Source: Candidatus Eiseniibacteriota bacterium
GTDB taxonomy: Bacteria > Eisenbacteria > RBG-16-71-46
Assembly: GCA_031370785.1 (NCBI GenBank)
Contig: JANMQY010000058.1
Coordinates: forward strand, 78,612-142,611
Length of the DNA stretch: 64,000 nt
Reading direction: 5' to 3'
Positions 1 through 8,457 of this stretch are shown one piece after another (the stretch's first letter is position 1; each line of letters starts with the position of its first letter). A model generated the notes under the pieces. That model saw only the letters and a program-made list of their open reading frames with translations. It ran no database searches and was not told where the DNA came from. The position numbers were made by a program, and so were the translations under genes.

Positions 1-1353
1 GTCGATCGGCACACGCTTCGGTTCTACGAGCATTACTTCCCGGTCCAGTTCCCGGCCAACACCGTGGATATCGATCGCTACGGGTTCAGCACCGACGGTC
101 GGCAGAACGACGATTCCGGGCTCGACGGTCCGCGCCAGCCGCTCACCGCTTCGTACTACCTGCAGGACAAGTACGAGCGCGCGGGGCTGGTGGTGAATGC
201 CGGGGCGCGCTACGACTTCATCAACGTCGACGTTCAGGCGCTGAAGAGCGAGGACCTGCCGCTGGGCGGCGACGGCCAGCTGCGCAGCGACGATCTGGTC
301 CAGAACAAGAAGTACAGCCGCATCAGCCCGCGACTCGGCATCGGCTTCCCGGTCACGGACCGGACGGTGATGCACGTCAACTTCGGGCAGTTCTTCCAGC
401 AGCCGAACCTGCAGGACCTCTACGTCTCGTATCGGTTCCTCGAGCACAAGGTGCAGTCCGGCGGCTACTTCGTCGGCTTCGGCAATCCGAACCTGAAGCC
501 CGAGCAGACCACGGCGTACGAGGTCGGCATCGCACACCAGCTGAGTGACTACGCCAAGTTCGACATCACCACCTATTACAAGGACGTGAAGGACCTGGTC
601 GAGATCTCGAACATTGCGTCGTTCCCGAACAGCTTCGCGAGCTACCGGAACAAGGACTTCGCGACCATCAAGGGGATCGACCTCGGCTTCACGCTGCGTC
701 GGGTCAATCACATCCAGACTAATATCGCGTACAGCCTTTCGTACGCGGTCGGCACCGGCTCGGTCTCGAACACCCAGCGCAACATCGCCTGGACGGCAAG
801 CGATCCGCCCAAGCAGACCGCGCCGCTCGACTTCGACCAGCGCCACAAGGTCTCGATCAATGTCGACTACGCGCTGGGCAAGGGCGAGGGACCGAACGTG
901 GTCGGGCATAGCTGGCTCGGCAATCTCGACGTCAACCTGCTCTACAACATCGGCAGCGGGACGCCGTACACGCCGACCAACGTCTACGACGAACCGACGC
1001 TGGCGGCAGTCGCATCGCAGCCGGTGGGTCCGCTCAACTCGCGCTACGGTCCCTGGACTCAGAGCCTGGATCTCAAGGCGACCAAGTCCTTCACGGTGGC
1101 GGGACTCGACATGGGCGCATACGTGTGGGTGCTCAACGCGTTCGACGTCAAGAACGCGGTACAGGTCTTCACCAGCACCGGCTCGCCCCGCACCACCAGC
1201 TGGCTGAATACGCCTGAAGGCCAGAACGCGAGCGCGAACCTGAACACCAAGTACGGAATCGATGCTTCGCAGGCGTACGCGATGGCGCTGCAGAGCCCGT
1301 CGCTGTACAGCAACCCGAGAATGGTCCGCTTCGGCGTCCGGATGGGCTTCTAG
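1..1353 (+). CDS. TonB-dependent outer-membrane receptor, C-terminal portion (5' end lies outside the window)
   Basis: The ORF is open from the window edge. It has beta-barrel motifs typical of TonB-dependent receptors (GNPNLKPEQTTAYEVG) and a terminal RFGVRMGF ending in Phe. Confidence 0.8.
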   Translation, partial: VDRHTLRFYEHYFPVQFPANTVDIDRYGFSTDGRQNDDSGLDGPRQPLTASYYLQDKYERAGLVVNAGARYDFINVDVQALKSEDLPLGGDGQLRSDDLVQNKKYSRISPRLGIGFPVTDRTVMHVNFGQFFQQPNLQDLYVSYRFLEHKVQSGGYFVGFGNPNLKPEQTTAYEVGIAHQLSDYAKFDITTYYKDVKDLVEISNIASFPNSFASYRNKDFATIKGIDLGFTLRRVNHIQTNIAYSLSYAVGTGSVSNTQRNIAWTASDPPKQTAPLDFDQRHKVSINVDYALGKGEGPNVVGHSWLGNLDVNLLYNIGSGTPYTPTNVYDEPTLAAVASQPVGPLNSRYGPWTQSLDLKATKSFTVAGLDMGAYVWVLNAFDVKNAVQVFTSTGSPRTTSWLNTPEGQNASANLNTKYGIDASQAYAMALQSPSLYSNPRMVRFGVRMGF

Positions 1354-1391
1354 ACATGGCTCGACCCAACGGTGAACCAGAGGGGATTCGC

Positions 1392-4388
1392 ATGAATACG
1401 ACTCGTGTCCTGATGTGGATCGTTCTGATCTCGAGCCTGGCCGGCGTCGCTGCGGCGGCGCCGATCCGGGGATCTTCGCGCCGGGCCAAGCCGGCGAGCT
1501 CCAAGGTCGTGGACAACAGCCAGCGGATCGACATCAACAACGTGTCGATGGTGGTCACCAACACCGGTTCGTTTGCCTACGACAAGTCGACCGGCAACTC
1601 GGGTCTCGAGTTCCCCAAGGGCACCGGGAAAACCGCGGTGTTCGCTGCCGGTCTCTGGGTCGGCGCGACGGTCGGCGGCCAGACCCGCGTGGCCGTCTCG
1701 GAGTATTCCGACGATTACGCACCGGGACAGGCCGTGGGCGGGCTTGCCGATGATTTCACCAAGCCCGAGTACAAGGTCTACAAACTGGATCGGGTCTACG
1801 ACGATCTGGCGGTTCGAGATGCCGCGCTTGCCGACTACAACGCCGGCGCGGTTCCGCATGGCGCGCCGCCGGTGACGGTTCAGGGCGACGGTTCGCTCGA
1901 CATCCTTGGCGACCAGATGCTGTGGGCGGTCTACAACGACCGCAATCTGACCCCCCCGCGGCACACCAATCGTGCCGGCGACAATGGTTTACCGGTAGAC
2001 CAGCGATGGCTCGGACTCGAGATCCAGCAGACCACGTTCGCGTTCAACCGGCAGGGCGCGCTCGGCAACACCGTGTTCATCCGGTACAAGATCATCAATC
2101 GCGGGCCGAATCAGCTCGACAACATGTACGTGTCGCAGTGGAGCGATCCCGACCTCGGCGGGGCGACCGACGACCTGGTCGGCTGCGATCCATCGCTCGG
2201 CCTCGGCTACATCTACAACGCCTCGAACGCCGACGAGCAGTACGGCGGACAGCCCCCCGCGGTCGGCTACGACTTCTTCAAGGGACCGACGGTGGGAGCG
2301 ACGACGCTCGGCATGACGTCGTTCAACAAGTACATCAACGGAACCGACCCCAACACCGCGACCAAGTCCTACAACTACATGAAGGGTCTGGATGCCAACG
2401 GCAACGTCGTCATCAATCCGGTGACCGGACTGCCGACGACCTATCAGGTGTCGGGAGACCCGGTGACCGGCTCGGGCTGGCTGGACTCCAATCCCGCCGA
2501 CCGGCGTCTCATGCTCTCGAGCGGTCCCTTCTCGATGGCGCCAGGCACCGCCCTGGGAGCCGTAGACAGCCAGGAGGTCGTTGCCGCGATCGTCGTCGGG
2601 CAGAGCAAGAATCGCCTCGCGAGCATCTCGCTCATGAAGTTCTACGACACGTTCGCCCAGGCGGCGTTCGACGTGGACTTCAACCTGCCGAGTCCGCCGC
2701 AGTCGCCCAACGTGGTCGCGACCCCGCGACACGCTTCGGTGTTCCTCTCGTGGGACACGGTCGCCGAGAACTATAGTGAAGACCCATACCAGTTCGAAGG
2801 TTACGTGGTGTATCAGGGCGCCTCGATCGCCGGTCCGTTCGTTCGCATCGCCACCTTCGACAAGGTGAATGGGATCACGAACGTCATCGACAACGATTTC
2901 AACGAGGATCAGGGTCTGATCCTTCCGATCGGCAAGGCGTTCGGATCGGACGTCGGGCTCCGGCACTCGATCGAGATCGATCAGGACTACGTCCGCGGCG
3001 GCCCGCTGTACGACGGGCAGAGGTACTACTACGCGGTCACCGCGTACGCGGTCGACGTGAACAGCTTCCCAAAGGTGCTGGAATCCGCGTTCGAGGTCAT
3101 CCCGGTGGTTCCGCAGACGCCGCCCGCCGGGACCAACCTCGCGACCGCGACCGTGAGCGCGATCGTTCAGGGCCAGATCGTCCCGAACCCGAATCCGACC
3201 ACCGATGCGGTGACGGTGACCACGCTTGACCCGGCGACCGTCATCGACGCGAGCTGGTACATCGGATTCAAGCCGGCCGGTCCCGCCAGCACGCAGATCG
3301 TGTGGTACCTCGTGCGCACGGTGGGCACTCAGGTGGATACGGTAATCAACAACTGGCCCAACTTTTCGGGGGACGAGAACTACCCGGTCGTCAACGGCAT
3401 CCAGGTGAAGATCGTGAGTTATCCGCCGGGCCATCTCGCCCGGGCCGCGTACGTCGACACCGCCGGAGGAAGTCCGGCGGCGCTCGCCGGATATGACGGC
3501 GCCGGTCTGCCGTTCTGGGATGGTGGCGCGGGCTATGCAGCCGACCTGTTCGGGTCGTCGATCGCCTCGGGCACGCCCGGACCCAACGTTCAGGTTCGCT
3601 TCACCGGTGGCCCCGCCGGGCAGAAGGCCTACCGTTATCTGCGTTGCAACTGCTCGCCGCGTACCTACCTGATCCAGGACTACGTGGACGTGCCGTTCAC
3701 GGTGTACGACACCGACACCGACACCCAGCTCAATGCCGCGTTCCTGGAAAACGGGCCGGGGACCATCGACGATGGAGTCTGGAACCCGGACGACAGTCCG
3801 AACGGACAGCGCGAGATCGTGTGGGTGATGTCGAGCACCTATACCGGTGTCGCGGATCCGAATTACTTCAACGATCCAGCGCTCAAGGACGTCCTCGGCG
3901 GCAACATCGATTTCTGGTACGCGATGTGGCCGTATCGGGTGTCCGCGACTGCAGTCATCGATGCCGGCGACAAGTTCCTGTTCACCACCAGCATTCCGTC
4001 GACGGAGAACGACTACTTCACGTTCACGACCACCGCGGCCAACAAGGGCGATGTGGCAGCGGCCAAGTCGGAGATGTCGCGCATCCAGGCCGTCCCCAAC
4101 CCGTACTTCAGCCACTCGACATACGAGACCAATCAGTTCCACCGCATTCTCAAGTTCACGCACCTGCCGGAACGCTGCACGCTCAGGATCTTCAACCTCG
4201 CCGGCGACAAGGTGCGCACGCTCGAGAAGAACGACGCCACTTCGCAGCTGACCTGGGATCTCGAGACGGATCAGGGGCTGCCCGTGGGCAGCGGCATCTA
4301 CATCTTCCACGTCGATGCGCCCGGCTTCGGGACTCACGTGGGCAAGGTTGCGGTCTTCATGGAAAAGGAGCGCCTGAACAACTTCTAG
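1392..4388 (+). CDS. Large secreted protein (about 998 aa) with a C-terminal FlgD-Ig-like / T9SS-type sorting domain
   Basis: The start is placed at the ATG at 1392, preceded by GGAG and followed by a signal peptide (MNTTRVLMWIVLISSLAGVAAAAP). The last ~90 aa match the FlgD-Ig/T9SS C-terminal domain pattern (NPYFSH..LRIFNLAGDKVRTL..TWDL..GLPVGSGIYIFHV). Confidence 0.75.
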   Translation: MNTTRVLMWIVLISSLAGVAAAAPIRGSSRRAKPASSKVVDNSQRIDINNVSMVVTNTGSFAYDKSTGNSGLEFPKGTGKTAVFAAGLWVGATVGGQTRVAVSEYSDDYAPGQAVGGLADDFTKPEYKVYKLDRVYDDLAVRDAALADYNAGAVPHGAPPVTVQGDGSLDILGDQMLWAVYNDRNLTPPRHTNRAGDNGLPVDQRWLGLEIQQTTFAFNRQGALGNTVFIRYKIINRGPNQLDNMYVSQWSDPDLGGATDDLVGCDPSLGLGYIYNASNADEQYGGQPPAVGYDFFKGPTVGATTLGMTSFNKYINGTDPNTATKSYNYMKGLDANGNVVINPVTGLPTTYQVSGDPVTGSGWLDSNPADRRLMLSSGPFSMAPGTALGAVDSQEVVAAIVVGQSKNRLASISLMKFYDTFAQAAFDVDFNLPSPPQSPNVVATPRHASVFLSWDTVAENYSEDPYQFEGYVVYQGASIAGPFVRIATFDKVNGITNVIDNDFNEDQGLILPIGKAFGSDVGLRHSIEIDQDYVRGGPLYDGQRYYYAVTAYAVDVNSFPKVLESAFEVIPVVPQTPPAGTNLATATVSAIVQGQIVPNPNPTTDAVTVTTLDPATVIDASWYIGFKPAGPASTQIVWYLVRTVGTQVDTVINNWPNFSGDENYPVVNGIQVKIVSYPPGHLARAAYVDTAGGSPAALAGYDGAGLPFWDGGAGYAADLFGSSIASGTPGPNVQVRFTGGPAGQKAYRYLRCNCSPRTYLIQDYVDVPFTVYDTDTDTQLNAAFLENGPGTIDDGVWNPDDSPNGQREIVWVMSSTYTGVADPNYFNDPALKDVLGGNIDFWYAMWPYRVSATAVIDAGDKFLFTTSIPSTENDYFTFTTTAANKGDVAAAKSEMSRIQAVPNPYFSHSTYETNQFHRILKFTHLPERCTLRIFNLAGDKVRTLEKNDATSQLTWDLETDQGLPVGSGIYIFHVDAPGFGTHVGKVAVFMEKERLNNF

Positions 4389-4445
4389 TTGCCGGCGAAA
4401 ACCGACATGAACGATCCACTTTGCAACCGAGAGGAGCGCACAGCC

Positions 4446-5465
4446 ATGAAGGCCTATCGATGGATGGGGATGGCAGTCGCCGTCCTGATGATCACTGCCG
4501 GGGCGGCGTGGGCCGGGTCGTCACGACTCGGCACCGCGGGCGCACCCGAAATGAGACTCCCGGTCGGCGCCCGCAGCACGGCGCTTGCCGGGGCGAACGT
4601 CGGGGATGTTTCGGGGGTGGAGGCGCTGTACTTCAACCCCGCCGGGCTCGCCGCGACCGACAACGCGACCGAGATCATGTTCAGCCACACCGACTACCTG
4701 GCCGGGATGGGGCTCAACTACTTCGGCCTCGGACGCTCGATGGGCGGCCTCGGCATGATCGGAGTCAGCGTCAAGGTGCTGAGCGTCGGAGAGATCATGC
4801 GCACCAGCGAGGTCGCGCCGGACGGGACGGGCGAGACGTTTACGCCCACCTTCAGCACGCTCGGCCTGACCTATGCGAAGCGCATGACCGACCGGGTGAA
4901 TTTCGGCGGCACGGCGTACTACGTCTCCGAGCGCATCCTGCAGGAGACGGCGGCCGGAGCGGCGTTCGACTTCGGCTTCCAGTACGACACCGGCTACCAC
5001 GGCATGAAGCTCGGGATGGCGATGAAGAACTTCGGGTCCGCGCTCGGGTTCACGGGCAGCGATTTCGAGCTGAACCAGCGCCTCAACACCGATGACCCGC
5101 AGTCCGGCAACAAGACGCTGGCGCTGAGCTCGGCCAGCTTCGAGTTGCCTTCGACCTTCCAGCTCGCGCTGTCGCTGCCACTGATCCAGGGCATCAACGC
5201 TTTCTCGCTCCACGGGCTCTACCAGAACAACAGCTTCGACGTCGACGAGGGTCGGGTGGGCGCGGAGTTCGTGGCGCGCAAGGCGCTGGCGCTGCGTGCC
5301 GGCTACAAGATCACCTCGAACAAGGATGATCTGTTCGGGCTGAGCTACGGCGCCGGAGTGCGCGTGCCGCTTGGCGCGAATCACATGTGGGTGGAGTACG
5401 CAGGCCAGCAGGTCAGCGATTTCTTCGACAACGTTCAGCACATTTCGGTCAGCATGAGCTTCTGA
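4446..5465 (+). CDS. FadL/PorV-superfamily outer-membrane beta-barrel (PorV/PorQ-like)
   Basis: A GAGG RBS precedes the ATG at 4446, which is followed by a signal peptide. The N-terminal motif GARSTALAGANVGDVSGVEALYFNPAGLA is shared by the FadL and PorV families. The protein ends in Phe (SVSMSF). Confidence 0.7.
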   Translation: MKAYRWMGMAVAVLMITAGAAWAGSSRLGTAGAPEMRLPVGARSTALAGANVGDVSGVEALYFNPAGLAATDNATEIMFSHTDYLAGMGLNYFGLGRSMGGLGMIGVSVKVLSVGEIMRTSEVAPDGTGETFTPTFSTLGLTYAKRMTDRVNFGGTAYYVSERILQETAAGAAFDFGFQYDTGYHGMKLGMAMKNFGSALGFTGSDFELNQRLNTDDPQSGNKTLALSSASFELPSTFQLALSLPLIQGINAFSLHGLYQNNSFDVDEGRVGAEFVARKALALRAGYKITSNKDDLFGLSYGAGVRVPLGANHMWVEYAGQQVSDFFDNVQHISVSMSF

Positions 5466-5507
5466 TCCACGCGGGGAGCTCTGTCCTCGCGTCGACCGGA
5501 AAGCGAT

Positions 5508-5539
5508 CGGCCCGGTTCCCTGTCCAGGGAGCCGGGCCG
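5508..5539. terminator. GC-rich inverted repeat between convergent genes (possible bidirectional terminator)
   Basis: The sequence CGGCCCGGTTCCCTG-tc-CAGGGAGCCGGGCCG is a 15-bp stem with one mismatch. It lies between the PorV-like gene (+) and gdhA (-). Confidence 0.4.
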
Positions 5540-5569
5540 TCGTGCGTCAGGCGATCTGGCGCTACCGCA

Positions 5570-6838
5570 TCAGGCGTAGACGCCGCGCAGCATGATCACC
5601 TTGACCACGCGCCCGATCGCCACCATGAAGGCGGCCACACGCATGTTGACGTTGATCTCGACCGACTTGGCGAGCACGTCCTGGAAGGCCTGCACCATGG
5701 TGTGCTCGAGGCGCTCGTTCACTTCCTTCTCGGGCCAGTAGAGGCCCATCCGGTTCTGCACCCACTCGAAGTACGAGACCGTCACGCCGCCGCCGTTGCA
5801 CAGGATGTCGGGAATGATGAATACGCCCTTCTTCTCGAGGATCTTGTCGGCATCGGGCGTGGTCGGACCGTTCGCGCCCTCGGCGATGATCTTGGCCTTG
5901 ACCCGGTCTGCGTTCTCGACGGTGATCTGACTCTCGAGCGCCGCGGGGACCAGGATGTCGCAGTCGTGCTCGATGATCGAGGTAGTGAGCGGTTGCGCTC
6001 CCGGGAAGCCCTTCACTCCGCGATGGTCGGCGACCCAGCTGATGAGCGCGGGGACGTCGAGTCCATCCGGATTCTGGATCGCGCCCGAGATGTCCGAGGC
6101 GGCGACGATCCTGGCGCCCATCTTGGCGAGCAGGTCGGCCGAGACCGAGCCCACGTTGCCGAAGCCCTGGACCGCCACCCGCGCGCCTTTGAGCGGCATC
6201 TTGAGATGCTCGCACGCGTCGCGGACGCACAGCATCACGCCGCGCCCGGTGGCTTCGCGGCGCCCGGCGGATCCACCCACCTCGAGCGGCTTGCCGGTCA
6301 CCACCGCGTACTCGGTGCGACGCTCGTGCATCGAGTAGGTGTCCACGATCCACGCCATCACCTGCGCGTCGGTGTTCACGTCGGGCGCCGGAACGTCGCT
6401 TTCGGGGCCGAACAGGTCGCTCAGGTCTGCGGCGTAGCGGCGCGTCAGGCGCTCGAGCTCGCCGCGCGACAGCTTCGAGGGGTCGCACTCGATGCCGCCC
6501 TTGCCGCCGCCGAACGGGATGTTCATGACCGCGCACTTCCACGTCATCCACGCGGCCAGCGCCTCGACCTCTTCCAGGGTGACCTGCGGGTGATACCGGA
6601 TGCCGCCCTTGGCCGGCCCGCGCACGATCGAGTGTTGCACGCGATAGCCCTTGAACACCTTGATCGTGCCGTCGTCCATCTGGATCGGCAGGGAAACGAT
6701 CGTCGCCCGGCGCGGATTCTTGATGACGGCCTTGATGCCTTCGGCGAGGTTGAGCCGCGCGGCCGCTTCGTCGAACTGGCGCTCGGCGTTCGCGAGCGGG
6801 TTCAGATCCTTCTGGATGTTCGCGCCTTCTGCGGGCAT
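5570..6838 (-). CDS. gdhA: Glutamate dehydrogenase
   Basis: The 422-aa protein carries GDH signatures (GGIRYHP, MNIPFGGGKGG, GFGNVG). Confidence 0.95.
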   Translation of the reverse strand: MPAEGANIQKDLNPLANAERQFDEAAARLNLAEGIKAVIKNPRRATIVSLPIQMDDGTIKVFKGYRVQHSIVRGPAKGGIRYHPQVTLEEVEALAAWMTWKCAVMNIPFGGGKGGIECDPSKLSRGELERLTRRYAADLSDLFGPESDVPAPDVNTDAQVMAWIVDTYSMHERRTEYAVVTGKPLEVGGSAGRREATGRGVMLCVRDACEHLKMPLKGARVAVQGFGNVGSVSADLLAKMGARIVAASDISGAIQNPDGLDVPALISWVADHRGVKGFPGAQPLTTSIIEHDCDILVPAALESQITVENADRVKAKIIAEGANGPTTPDADKILEKKGVFIIPDILCNGGGVTVSYFEWVQNRMGLYWPEKEVNERLEHTMVQAFQDVLAKSVEINVNMRVAAFMVAIGRVVKVIMLRGVYA

Positions 6839-7027
6839 GAGGTTCCTCCGGCGAAGGAGCGACGGGCCCGATGCGGCCGGCGCGCGGTCGCGGTCCCTGA
6901 TCTCCCTCGCGGGTGCATGACGGATGGGAAGGTGTCGAAAAAGTGCGCGGCAGTATAGCCCCGGCTCGCGCCGATCAACAAGCGAGACCCGGCAGCGCAG
7001 GGTCCGGCGGCGTCAACTGATGGAGCC

Positions 7028-7813
7028 CTAGCGGAACCAGACCTTGAGGTGACCCCACATCATCTCGGGAGGGAGCGGGTCTCCAGGAAATGGCGCGGCC
7101 TGGCTGGTTCGATTGAGCCGCGCGGCCCGACTCGTTCCCGGTGCGGGACGCATCGCGTTCTGAGGGTTGCCGCTTTCGGGCGTGGTCTCGTCTTCCCAGC
7201 GCTCGATCCACCAGCGATTGGCGTCGGGCTTGAAGCCGCGGTCGACCAGCTCCTGAGGGATGGCCGCGGAATCGCCACGCACCAGGTAAAACAGGCCAGG
7301 TCCCTTGATCTCGGTGCTGCTCTCGCCGACGTTGATGCGCAGAAGCACCTGCGCGCGAATCTGCTTGTGCCATCCCGGGTCCTTGCCCGGGCGCGCATCG
7401 GGCACCGCGACCAGATCCGAGGTGTAGTCGAACGTGATGCTGGTCGCCGGTGGATCGGAGGCAGTGCCAGTGACGAACAGCTTTTCCGCGCTGAGCAGCT
7501 CGTCCTCGCGCCGCCACGGCTTGACGGTGGGATCGTAGGTGCTTCCGGACGAGTCGCGGACCGAGAACTTGAACAGGTAGTCGTCGGTGAAGATCTCGCG
7601 ATACTCGGTGATCGCGCGATTTCTCCAGCACCACTGGAACAGGCGCAGCACGCCGGCCGCACTGGTCGGTGCCGGAGGTGGAGTCGGAGGCGCGCCGCCG
7701 GCGGCGAGACGCGGCGAGAAGGGATTGAAGCAGCCGGTGGCCCCGAACGCGCCCAGCACCAGCGCCGCAAACACCACCACCTGCACTCCGAGAAGTCTCG
7801 AGCGAGCGCTCAT
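7028..7813 (-). CDS. Probable lipoprotein, paralog B (unknown family)
   Basis: A signal peptide is followed by Cys (LVLGAFGATGC). The start ATG overlaps the upstream stop as ATGA. It shares the C-terminal motif NRWWIERWEDETTPESGNPQN with the adjacent paralog. Confidence 0.7.
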   Translation of the reverse strand: MSARSRLLGVQVVVFAALVLGAFGATGCFNPFSPRLAAGGAPPTPPPAPTSAAGVLRLFQWCWRNRAITEYREIFTDDYLFKFSVRDSSGSTYDPTVKPWRREDELLSAEKLFVTGTASDPPATSITFDYTSDLVAVPDARPGKDPGWHKQIRAQVLLRINVGESSTEIKGPGLFYLVRGDSAAIPQELVDRGFKPDANRWWIERWEDETTPESGNPQNAMRPAPGTSRAARLNRTSQAAPFPGDPLPPEMMWGHLKVWFR

Positions 7814-8457
7814 CGAAAATCCATTCTGCGGGCCGAGAAGCTCTGGTCTTCCTGATTCTGCGGGGACACGCCGACTGCAGGGTCCACGTGATCGGTCCAG
7901 CGCGTCAGGAACCACCGCGTACCGACGTAAACGAAATCAAGATCCGCATATCCGACCGCGATGCGCTCGGCGTCGCCTTCCTGCGGCAGAGCATACACCT
8001 GATAGCGCCGGTGGAGGATGACGTGAGTAGTCTCGATGAAGTCGTTCTGGGTCGGGTCCGGTGACCACTGCATGTCGAAAGGCTGGCTGCGCACGTCCTG
8101 AACGAATCGGCTATAGAAGCGGCGCTCCTCGTCCACTCCCCAGACCGAGGGAGCCGGCTCGTTGCGAGCGTTGGGCACGGCCGGATCGAACGTGGCCGCG
8201 AACGCCGTTCCTCCACTGGTTGGAGTAGAAAGGGCCCCGATGTAGGCATCCAGTCCATTGCCCTGCGCCTTTGCTTCGAGCCCACGCGCCATTGTCTCGA
8301 GCGCCGAATCCGGGTCGGTGTAGTTGACGACGACGAACACTCCGCCGCTGCCCTGTTCCGGCACCGCCGGGCGAAACAGGTTGCAACCTCCGAACGCGCC
8401 GGTGCTGGCGCACCAGACGAGCGTGAGGAGCAGAACCAGCGTCAGTCGATTTCTCAT
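7810..8457 (-). CDS. Probable lipoprotein, paralog A (unknown family)
   Basis: The ATG at 8457 overlaps the stop of the upstream barrel gene as ATGA. A signal peptide and Cys follow (LVWCASTGAFGGC). The C-terminal motif TRWFLTRWTDHVDPAVGVSPQN is shared with paralog B. Confidence 0.7.
   Translation of the reverse strand: MRNRLTLVLLLTLVWCASTGAFGGCNLFRPAVPEQGSGGVFVVVNYTDPDSALETMARGLEAKAQGNGLDAYIGALSTPTSGGTAFAATFDPAVPNARNEPAPSVWGVDEERRFYSRFVQDVRSQPFDMQWSPDPTQNDFIETTHVILHRRYQVYALPQEGDAERIAVGYADLDFVYVGTRWFLTRWTDHVDPAVGVSPQNQEDQSFSARRMDFR

Noticed and set aside
1989-4337. 782-aa minus-strand ORF antisense to the large secreted-protein gene
   Set aside because: Its composition is Arg/Gly/Asp-rich, which is typical of stop-poor alternative frames in 70%-GC DNA. 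The sense gene has a signal peptide and a recognisable C-terminal domain.
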